A DNA stretch of 64,000 nt from Rhizodiscina lignyota (lineage: Eukaryota): assembly GCA_010015805.1 (NCBI GenBank), contig ML978121.1, forward strand, positions 3,410,001-3,474,000, written 5' to 3'. A program made the translations under genes and the position numbers. This document shows positions 10,450-21,522 of the stretch, one piece after another (the first letter of the stretch is position 1; every line of letters begins with the position of its first letter). Below the pieces are notes generated by a model, which saw nothing but the letters and a program-made list of their open reading frames with translations, did no database searches and was not told the DNA's origin.

Positions 10450-13027
10450 TCAATAGGTCTCCTCGTCCTCCCAACTCTGCTCGCTCTCTCTGACGGCCAC
10501 CAACTCAACTCTACCATCCTCACCACGAACCTCCATCACCTCCTCGCCTCTCATCTTCTTTCCCGGCCCCAGCCGTGGGCTTGCATATGACGTTCCAGGT
10601 CTCTTACCCAGCACGCCACTTCCACCCACACGTTGCGCATACTGCGACGCCCTCAGCTTCGCATAGTACACGTCCGCGCCATCAGGCTCTGCATCGCCAA
10701 CCTCAGAAGCAGACTCATACGTCTCCCAGTTCTCGCTGCCGGACACGGTCGTCGGGTTCGTATATCCAGATCCTTGCGATTGCGCCGACACGCTCGATGT
10801 GCCGGAAATCTGGCGCGATTCGGGGCGCGATGCGGCTGCGACGGGTTCGGGGTAGTTGTGGAAGCTATTGACCGAGCCGTAGCGAGAGTGGTGCAGATTC
10901 GTAGGGTCTTCGTGCGCTGGGTTGTATTGGCCTGGTTGGACGCGCGTGTGTGGACGTACCACGCTGCTGTTTAGACTTGCTGGTGCGGAGGGCGTAGCGC
11001 GGTGGCCGAGGTAGCTTTGGCTGTGCATGTTCTCGAGACGGGAGGCAGGGCGCTCGTAACGACGGTCATCGTACGGATCTTCAGGAGCGACGTGTCGGAC
11101 GATGCTGCCGCTGCGCTCGAGCTGCGCGTTTTGGTGGCTGCTTGCGGCGGGCGTGGGAGGGATAAACAGGTCTTTCATCTTTGGTGGAGGCGCACGAGGG
11201 GGTGGTGGACCCATCTTGCGAATTGTGTCGCGGCCGCTTGCGACGGTGCTGTTGGGCGGTGCGCGGCGCTCGGGAGAGTTGTTGCCGTTGGGCATGGTGC
11301 TGAGTGGTACACGAGAGGGGATCTTGGACGGAGATGTGCGGCCTGCAGACGCAGATATAGACTTTGAGAATGTGCCTGGAGTGGGATTCGCTGTGGGAGT
11401 CTTGGAGCGTGGAGGTGGACCGCGAACGGAACCGTCCTTCGTCTTCGTTGGTACAGTCTTTGCCATTGAGGTTGGAGGTCGAGCAGGGGGATTGAGGGCA
11501 TTTGGCGTCTTGCAGCGTGGTGGAGGCGCTTTCTTACTCGATGCATCAAGCTCATCAAGGTATCGCTCGCCGTGGACGAGGAACGGCCTGCCGTACTCAT
11601 CCTCCCAGTTGTCCAACACGTTTCGAAGATCCGCTTCCACCTTTGGTAGCTCTTTCGCGATGCGCTTTCGCATCTTCTCCTCTCGCAGCAATTTTCCAGG
11701 GTCACGTCGTTCACCTTTCTGTCCACGTGCCATAAGACGAGATGCATCTTGGCTCGACGTTGCGAGGTCGTCGCGGTCCTTGATGAGGGAGCGGTACTTG
11801 TCGACCATGGCTAGGATCGGTGCGCGCTGCTCTCTCAGTGCTTCTAGACGGGCAATTTCGGTTTCGTGCGCAGAGAGAAGTGCATCGCTGTATACATCGG
11901 AGAATGCAGGTGTAAAGTCGAGCATTTCTTCTTCGGAGAAGTAGAGGCTATCCCATAGCTCTTGCAATTTGAAGCGCGCATCCTCAACGAACAGATGAAG
12001 ATTCTGGTGCTTCAACTCATTCAGACGTGCTAGTTCATCCTCAAATTCGTTGATTGTACGGAGTCCGCATCCACGGTTACTCGAGAGGAAAGCTCTGCGA
12101 TCGCGTTCCTCGACGCCAAGACGATCCCACAGATCCTCGATCGTTGCTCGTAGGTCTCTCAGTTTCTTCTCTCGTCCTTTCTTCTCGTCAATCAACTTGT
12201 CACGGCGGGTCTTCAGACGTGTGACGTCGTCTTGATGCAAGCCGAGCTGCTCTGGTGCCTCATGTCCATATTCGACGATGGCGTTATCCGTTTGTGCCTG
12301 CGGTGTGCCTAACTCTGCCCACAGCATGACAATCTCATCTGCGAGGGCGCTAACCACATCCCGACGTCGCATGTACTCTTCATAGACTCGCGTAAACTCG
12401 TTGTCAAGCGCAGTCACGTATTTCGGTGAAAGGTCGAACGTGGGAGATATCCTTGCCCCAGGGGACGTCGGCGGTAGCTGTAGTTTCACGAAGGATGGTT
12501 CAAGATGGGATGAATAAGATTCGAGGGCTTCGACAAGTTTCCTGACCTGTTCGTATCGCTCGCGATGGAGCTTGCTGACAACATTGTGCTTCTCTTTCAG
12601 AGCTTGGAGGCATTGCGTAAGCGGATACGTAACTTTCAGGTCCTCGTCATCGACATGATAGCTGTGGTCGTCTTTTGCGCCGTCTAGAGATATTTGCATC
12701 TGTTTGATTGTTGTGATGAGGTTGTTGGCTTCTTCGGCCATTTCATGTTTCTCACTGTGTTTCAGATCAGCGCGCGGACATATTTGGTTCGAGAAGCTCA
12801 TGACCTACTTTGCTACTAGGCGCAACTGATTGTGAAGAGTCTCAGATAGAGCTGAGAAGAGCTGCATGTCTTCGTTAGTTCCGACAAGCCTTTATTGTGA
12901 TGGTTACGATGCTAACCTCTGACTCTCGCGTGTCGCGCTCATGGCTAGGGACGCCAATCTCATCGAACAATTCATGAAGCTTTCCGATAATGGTCGAAAC
13001 CTGCTGCTCCAGATAACTCGTGTCCAT
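10450..13027 (-). CDS. ASE1: Spindle midzone microtubule-bundling protein (Ase1/PRC1/MAP65), 2 introns near the 5' end
   Basis: MDTSYLEQQV start at 13027, MAP65 motifs LQELWDSLYFSEEE, DASRL...RDPGKLLREEKMRKRI and WEDEYGRPFLVHG, and a low-complexity tail with SENWETY. Confidence 0.93.
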
Positions 13028-14135
13028 GACTGTCATGCCAACCAGCGGCTTCGCGTTGTCAAAACGTCATATGCGGCGTGAAATCGGAGTCGGAGTCGTG
13101 CTTGGACACAACAGAAAGGGAAGCTGCAAGCGTCGCGGTCGAAGAACGCGCTGCGTCTATTCGTAACGATCGTAAAGGATGTAGCAGAAGCCGATGCTCA
13201 GCTATAGAAAGCTTTGGACAGTCGCAAGGTCAGCAACATGTACGCGGAGAATATTTGGTAGGTTGAGAGGTGACGATGAGGTCGTTAGTGTACGCGTGCG
13301 GGTTGTGGACATCGGCTGTTGCTGAGGCAACCTTGACCTGCCCGCCCGCCTTGGCGAGACTTCGTCCAGGTGCCTACCTCCTCGCGTCTTACTTTCACCT
13401 TCGCCCAAACAGCACGTCTACCAGCTATATCTATTGAACAGTTCTAACCTTAATCTATGCCTGACGGGGTCGAAGCAGCCAGTATCAAGATAGAGTGCGA
13501 AGATGGACCAGTGTATCATTGCGCACCACTGCTCCTCCGCTACACATTCGCTCAATATGGGAAAGAAAGCAGACAGTGACGTCTTCCTGCATCCTATGAT
13601 GATGATGCCCACGAGCAACAAGGACGACCTCCTCACAGGAAGAGCAAGCTCTGCATCGGCTTCAATTGTGGCATTGATTTTTCTTAGCCCCCATTTACTC
13701 CGCTGCTGTGCCGCATCTTGTCCCCAATTCAAAATATGTTTCAGCCACCGTATTGTTGCCAATAATAACAATGCAGCAGTTGCAGAACCGCCAAGGGCGT
13801 CAACTCGGAAGAGAACAAATGACCACTCAAAGGGCCTTCAGTCTGCCGGGAATGGAGTCCTCGAACAGGCGCTTCCTGTTGCACTTGCAGTTTTTACTCC
13901 CTGCAGTTGCTTATTATTTGAGGTGGCCTGGTGTGACTCTTGATAAATGCTATCATACCATGGCCGATATTTCTTTATTTAAGTAGGCCTTGCGATTTTT
14001 GATATATTCCAGGTTTCGCTCTTCTTCCACGCTGCCAGAGTCGCCGTTGGGGTCTTTCATTCCTCCCTCGGCGTAATAGATCCAGAAACCCACTTCCTTT
14101 GCCTTAACACTAAGTCCTACAGATGGTTCGAAGGG

Positions 14136-17100
14136 ATGTCGCTCTTTTCGACCCATTCCACCAGCGATCTAGAGTCGGCGCGAGAGACCATTGAAGGCAT
14201 TGCTAGAAAGAGGGGAATAATTAGTGACGCTTTCAGAGCACGTGCCGAAACTGAAGCGGCACAAGGTCATCAGGAATTGCTACAGTTCATTCAGGGGGCA
14301 GAAGAGAATCGAACAGATTTTTCAAGGTCACTTCAGATGTCTGTATTCAGCTTTGGTTGCGTTTGCACTGGCTCTCAATACTAAGCATCATGGTGTATCC
14401 TACAGAATATCGACCGATCTATACTCCAGCAAAGCCCGTTTCCTAATGGAAGTCATTCAAAATGCGGATGACACCCAATATCCGCCAGGCACAACTCCAA
14501 CAATTCGAATTAGCGTCGCTAAACAGCGCGTGAAGATTGAGTGCAATGAGGTTGGCTTTACTGAGCAACACATAGAAGCACTCTGCCGCGCTGGGCGGAG
14601 CTCCAAGCCTCTTGGGCAGGGCTATATAGGGGAAAAGGGCATCGGGTTCAAATCGGTTTTCAAGATTGCGAAACGAGCACACATCCGCTCGCCTCCTTTT
14701 TACTTCCAGTTGGATCAAACCCGTGAGCTTGGAATGGTCACTCCTCTCTGGGACGAGGATTACTTCAATTCCCCTGTGGAGTACCAGACTACCATAGTGC
14801 TCGACCAGATCTGCGACACGTCAACTGACTTCTCTGCAACTTTGGAACAAGACTTACGCACCCTTGATCCCGTGGTCATTCTGTTCCTTCGCCGAATCAA
14901 ACGGTTATATCTCACTCGTTATGACTCAGACCATTTCTCTCCTGACAGACTCGCATTTTCGAAGTACTTTCGGGTAGACGACGGCGCTTTCGATAATGTT
15001 GTAACCCTGGTAGACGAGGGTTCCGGTGCACGCTCCCCGTATTACAAATGGGATTTTCCGAACGTTTGGACTGGGAGTGAGCCACGTCGACCCGGTCTGG
15101 TTTCCAACCAAATTGTGCTCTCTTTTCCAGTCGAGCGATCTAGAGATTCCTGGCTCGCTAGGCCTCGGGAGCTGCTGACTTTTGCGTACCTGCCAGTGGG
15201 CAGTTTTGGATTTAAAGTATGTTGCGCCCACATATAGGCAAGTTGTGAGGCTAAAACTTCTCACAGTTCATCATTCAAGCAGATTTCCTCACAACGTCGA
15301 ATCGCCAATCTGTGGATGAGGATAATCGCTGGAACATTAACATTGCGAACGCAATTCCTCGTGCATTCGCCGGCGCTGTCCGCCATTTCAACGAAAGGCA
15401 CTCCAGTCCCACAGGCCTGGGAAAGACGTGGCCGCTTTTCCTCAACTCTGCATATCACTCTCAAAGCCGGTATTGGCGAAATATTCACGAAGGGATCTTG
15501 AACGAGCTTCGAAGCTCACACATTTTGCAAACTTGTTCTGGAAGTTATGCTTTCCCATCTTCGCTGGCATTTATGGATTGGGCCTGCGACAGTAATGGAG
15601 AACCTATGTTCGGCCAAAAGCAGGATTATGTCTCCGCGGACTACCCTCAATCTGTGCGTCCGACTCTGCGTACACTCAATGTCAAAGTTCCGGACTGGCA
15701 ATGGGTGATCGGCCATGCCAGAAATTTGATAGTTGCGGGTTGTACCTGGCAGTGGTTTTCTGATCTCGCCAAGGTGCTTCTAGCTCCCCCTGAGGCACGG
15801 TCTGGCACCAGTTATACAAGGGAACTGTGCAGGATCAATCTTGTCCCGCTAGCGGACAACAGTTGGACTACTGCACCAAATCCGCGAAATCCTGTTTACT
15901 TCCCTCAGAGCTCAGGTGTCTCCATCCCGTCCGGATTGCCCTTGACTCTGGTACATAATGGCGTTTGCGAGTATCCTCATACAATGAGCCTTTTACGCCT
16001 CCTTGGTGTGCGGGATTGTAGTGTCAGCGATGTAGTGGAGCGAATCTTCGATTATCATGACAACTTTTCCATAGCAGACCGCCAAGACATGATTGGACAT
16101 GTCAAATACCTTTTCCACGCCAGAGACCATCTGGGGAATAATAGTATGGACAGGATCCGGTTTGCACCTGAAGATATCGGACGCAACTGGCTGTTTAGAC
16201 GCAGCTGGGATATGTATATTCCAGACTTACCGGACAGCAACCTCCGCGAGCTCTTCTCCAGCTATGAAGGGGTGTTCTTTTTACATGCCGAATATTTCCA
16301 AGGACTCACTAGTTCAGAGAAGGCAGATTTTACTCGCTGGCTAAGTAGTGTCACTTCTCTTGCAACAATCCCCAGACTCAGCTTGACGACAAACGGTTTA
16401 TCGCAGATGCACGGTGATTTCCGCTGGTTGATGGACAACAAAGGCAGCGAGATTATTGGCCTTCTCCGTAAGCATTGGAGGAAATATCAGCCGCAAGCTA
16501 ACCTATCAATTCGTGGAGACCTCGAGCGCCATATTGTCTCTTGCACGAATGGCAGTCGATTGCCATTACGAGAGACATTCTTGCCTCACCCTGCGTTGAT
16601 GGAGAAGAGCCTGGACTACTGCGGCAGAGCTACATGCCCGTTTCTCAGTTTGGCGGGGCCGTGTAACGACTGGATGTTCCTTTCACAGCTCGGAGTGGGC
16701 TCAGAAGAAGACTTGGACTTTTTTCTTTGGGTTCTTAGACAGGATGCTTTTCGAAGCCGGGCTACCGTCCAGTCCGCAAAGAGACTTTACCTTGAGATCC
16801 AGTCAAGGGCGGAATATCAAAGGAATAAAGTGAAGTAAGAAACTCTTCCCAAGGCTTTTCTGGATCAGAAGTCTTCTCTGTACCTGATTGCTGACAAAGT
16901 ACCCCAGTGCTGCATTTCAACGGGATGTAATCGCAACACCGAGTGGCAATTTTGTCAGCGCGAGTAACTGCGTCTATCATGCTCCGCATGCATATTCCTC
17001 TAAGCCCTCCCTCTTCTCAATATATGGCAGTGATCTTACAGATCTATTCCAACGTGTTCTGGACATCCGATCTGCTACCGAACATGAAGTTTTTGAGCTT

Positions 17101-20026
17101 CTGCAACAGTTAAGGTCTGATCCAAGTACGACTATGTTAACGGTTGCGAACGTCTACATGTATCTCCAAAGCTATGGGACACAAAGGTAAGCAAATCGTA
17201 GCTCAAGCTCTCTAAACGTGACCTAACAGCCATTAGCACCGTCCATAATCACTTTTGCTTGTCGCTCTCCATTGCTGTTCCGTCGGACTCAGGAAGTTTG
17301 ACATGGAAGTTGCCCTTTCAATGCGTGTGGGGTGACCACGAATTCTCTCAGAATGGACTTCATCTTCGGTCCAGGATTTCGCTCCAACATATCATGGAGC
17401 GATATCTTTCAGACGCTGTATCCTTCTTCACCGGCATTTTGCGAATTCCCAATGCCGGGATTGACGACCTTTTGGGCGACCTCCGGCTGTTACAGCAAGA
17501 GCACAGTGATGATGCATCTACAATTTTCAGATTGTATGAGAGGATCACAGCACATTGTCGTAGTTCGCGTAACGAGATTAGGTAAGGGTTAGGTCCGGCT
17601 GATTCAGACAATTGTGCTGACACCGAACAGGGCTGCGTTCACGACTTCACCACTGGTTTTCCTCCGCGGTTCCAGCGGAAGTCGTGGGCAATGGCTACAA
17701 CTTAACGAATGCATTTGGAATAGGTCAAACCTTCGCAGCAAGCACGCCCTTAGCCGAACCTTGAGCCAGTATCAAACACTCTTTCGTGAGACGTTGGATG
17801 TCCCAAACGTCACATTGGAGATGTTGGTTGCAGAACTTTGCATCATCACCGCTCTCGGAGACAATGCCGCATCCAACGAGGATCAGTTTCAATATGGTAA
17901 ACGGATTTTGCGCGACATCAATGGCAACGAAGATGTTTTCAACAGCAATGACCGGCTTAGACGGGCTAAGTGTTGGCCATGCCTAACTTCAGCCGGAAGG
18001 CGAACATATCTAGGCATTGGAGAATTCTACGTCAATGACCGTCAAGATGTATTCGAGATCTTTTCCCACTCAAGATCGTTCCTCGATTTTGATTTTGACG
18101 GCTCCCGGAACTTCGTCCCCTTGCTTCGCCATTTGGGCTGCGACTTGTTCTTGTCAGAGAAGGTCACCGTGGGGACGGAAGCTTGTGAGCCACTTCAGCT
18201 TGATGAGGGCCTCGGTCAAGGATATCGAAGAAGAGCTGATGCGCTGTGCAAGTAAGTATCTATCAATAAATAAGGTACCCCCATGTCAGAGCCCCGGCTA
18301 ATTAAAGCTAGATACCTCGAGTACAAAAATGTGAATTCTCCATATGATTTGAGAATCCTGCTGGAGAATTCAACTGTGTGGTTAACCCATAACATTATAA
18401 CTCACTATTCCTTGGGAACTCCAGGGCAATCTGAGTATGTCGAGGCGACAAAAGATGAGGGAGGTTCTAGCGTGCGCGTGAGCGAGACTGCACGCTCTCA
18501 ATGGTCTCTCGAGATCTACCTCTCATCCAACAGAAATAGGCGAAATTGCGCAATGGTGACAGACTTCCCTAGACAACTTGCCATTGCTCTTGGAATTTCG
18601 CTTATTAACATCGATAATGAGCTTCATCATTTCCTTGATGTACCGGTTGAGTCGTTAGAAGAGCTACTCATTAAGAAAGGCGCCGTCGGGGGGCCTTCTT
18701 CCGCATCGAATCAAGCAGAAATCTCAGAAGCACGGGAAGCTGCTCGAGAGACTGAAGGGCTGCAGCAAACCGAAAACGCCTTGTTTACGCCCTCTTCTCT
18801 CGGGCCAGATACTCCTCTGACGGATTCCCGCGCAGAGTCTGAAGCAACTTTGGCTACGCGAGCACCTTCCGGATCCCTCGCACCTCAACCGGCACCATTT
18901 CCTCGCGAGCTACTGTCTGATCAACCTGTTCAACTCGGAGGACAGCTTTCCAGCGGAGAGATTACTTATGCCCAGCCGACACCAGATAATCAGGCGCGTG
19001 GACCCAGTGTGAGAGCAGGTATTTACCATTTTGGAAATAGAAGCCAGAATAGGGATAGACTGGAGCATTTCGCGCAGGCCGCTGATGTGGCAACTAATGC
19101 TCGAGCGTATGTCGCAACACAACCCACGAACGGATCACACGATGGCCGATCGAATGCTCGGCAAGACGCTTTTGATGTTACGGATCTGAGAGCTGCACTA
19201 GAAGATCAGCCATTCCGAGCTCACAATACCACTTCCAACGTGACAGGCGTGAATGGAGCGCGAGACGGATCTCCAACGATCGTGGCTCCACGAGCATCGG
19301 TTGTTACGCAAGAGACTCCAGTGCGGAGGCTGAGGTGGGTTCCAGACCGAAACTCTGACGAAAGAGCTCGAGATTTCGAAGTCGGATTTCTCGGCGAGCA
19401 ATTTGTGAGTTACTCTCAGAACCCCGGCAAGTCCGGCAAACTGACATGTCAACCAGGTATATACATTGCTGCACGATCGGCTTAGCCTACCCAACTTCTC
19501 TGGCGACATCAACTGGACGAGCACTTTGCGCACTCGAGCCGGCTTTAGCGCTTTTGGAAGAGAGATCTCTGATTTCACGTATCGAGATACAGAAGGTGCG
19601 CTTACGCGCTATATGCAACAGATGCGACATCCGTACCCGACGCCAGCTTGGCTCAATACTGCCTGCGACAACGGCAATGCACCGTTGTACAGGCTGGAGG
19701 TGAAAAGCACAACGTCGCAAGATCCTACGACTCAGTTCTATATGAGTGGAAACCAATACGCGTTGGTACGTGCACATACTTGTCTGATGATAAAGAAGAT
19801 ACGTGCTTGGAATAACTGACGAGAATTCCAGGCGAGGCGGCTCCAGGTCACATCAGCTGTGCCTTCTGAGATATACGCGGTCATTCGAGTTTCCGGACTG
19901 GACGCGCTCGAGGAGGGTGCTCAGCACCAGCCGGAGTGGATGGTGTACTTGGATCCGTACAGTCGCAGCGAGGAAGGGATACTGGACTTCTTTGCGCAGA
20001 CGTACACTGTTACGCCACAGCGATGA
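14136..20026 (+). CDS. ~1807-aa sacsin/NO VEIN-like GHKL ATPase with internal repeats and C-terminal DUF3883-like PD-(D/E)XK domain, 9 exons
   Basis: Exons 14136-14338, 14406-15216, 15267-16834, 16908-17186, 17237-17581, 17631-18251, 18312-19404, 19457-19765 and 19832-20026 join in frame (5424 nt) via GT-AG introns. Motifs: LYSSKARFLMEVIQNADD, CNEVGF, IGEKGIGFKSVF, FAYLPV, FIIQADFLTTSNRQ; C-terminal GFLGEQFV, SDFTYRD, LEVKSTT, FYMSGNQY. Confidence 0.85.
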
Positions 20027-20189
20027 GACGCAGGAAATGTTGCAGAGACTGATGACAATACTGAACGGCCGTTTCATTCCATTACTTATCGTGCAAGATA
20101 TCCCCAAATAAACGCCTAACTGAAACTCTGATTGGTGACCCTTATCTATTAGAATGAATGTGCTTTCGTTCCCACTGAATTCATTAACG

Positions 20190-21522
20190 CTACTTGAATG
20201 TGCCCTTCCGCCTCATTGTAGTCTTAAGTGGCTCTCTCCCATGCCGCTTTCTGATATGTCTGAGAAGGTGATCACTTCTCTCAAAGCCTGTTTCGCAACC
20301 TGCTTCGTCGCAGCGATATCGTGAAGGAGAACTGTGCTCGAAGTCCCTGTGCCTTTTGGTTCGCCTATGTCGATTCAAGTCCTTCTGAGTTGCAAATGCG
20401 AAGGTACAACTGTCAAGTGAGCATTTGAATGGCTTCTCGTGGTTGCGATTATGGCGACTTGAGCTTGTTAGTACCGAAGTTGGCTATCGAAGAGTCTTAT
20501 TCTTACTTGAGTGCATGCATATACCCGAATCTTCTACCGCATTCCTCACATCGAAATTGATGCGATGGTGAGCAGTATCCACTACCTACATCGCCGGATA
20601 TGGCGCTGGTGCTTGATGTTGACGATTCACGGCTACTTGACGACAACATGCTCATAGCAGGCTCGGTAATATTTTCGATCCGGTCAGCAACAGAGAATGA
20701 TGACAACGTTCCAAGAGTTTCGTTTTCAATTACCGTGAAGCCTTGTCCGTTCGTATGTTCGCCGATGGCTACCGAAGGAAAGAAAGCGTCAAGATCCATG
20801 TTTGCTTCCGTAAATAGATCCTCCGCGGGATGGAGGGAACCTGTTGGTAGCCACTTGAGTGATTGGTAGTCAGCCTCGCTGTACCCGCTGTATACGTTCA
20901 TAGAGTCAATGGCATCATTGTATACGCCAAAGGCTTGGAAGCTATCCTCTCCACTGAAAAGCTGCGAGGAATTGCCACCTCTGACTGGAATTTGAGATTC
21001 ATGTCGTGGCCAAACGTCCGGCACACTGTGCTCGGTGTGGATGGGATTGTCCTGTCACAGATTAGCAATCGGCCGTCTCCGGGTGCGATTGCAAGTAGGG
21101 TAAACCTTAATAACAGTTTTGTTGTTGTTTGAGGGCGTCGAGTCCGAACTCGACTCTCTTGAGACTGATTGCTGCAAGCTAGCTGCGCTGAAAGCTCGAT
21201 CTCCTGCGACTGGGTGGGGCACAAACGTATAATTTTTGTAAATATTGTGATGCAGAAATGATGGAATGGATTTGGCATGAAGCCCATAAAGGTTCTCGAT
21301 GCTTTTTTCTTCGGACAAACAAATATTTTTGTAATTTTCATTCAAATTGTCTTCGGTACTTAAATTTGTGAAAGGGACGGTCTCGTATAAGTGCCCACCT
21401 GGGGCGTAGGCGTATGTTGGCTCTGGTTGGATTAACGATCCAAAGTCGGAGAATCCGTGGCTGAGTTCCCATAAGTCCCCTTTTAACCAGGCATAATTAG
21501 GATCGTCGTCAGATAGTGACAC
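20190..21522 (-). CDS. C2H2 zinc-finger transcription factor with three C-terminal fingers, 2 introns, apparent GTG start
   Basis: Introns at 21105-21052 and 20506-~20458. Fingers FRCEECGRRFGYMHALNRHNRNH, FKCSLDSCTFAFATQKDLNRHRRTKRH and YRCDEAGCETGFERSDHLLRHIRKRH. The 5' end is uncertain. Confidence 0.75.

Noticed and set aside
13418..13986. Overlapping ORFs upstream of the ATPase-nuclease gene
   Set aside because: ORFs on both strands with no motifs, and I could not splice them to neighbouring genes.
14136..20026. Reading the fragmented ORFs at 14-20 kb as a pseudogene or a multi-gene operon
   Set aside because: Every break coincides with a canonical GT-AG intron, and the exons join into one frame without stops.
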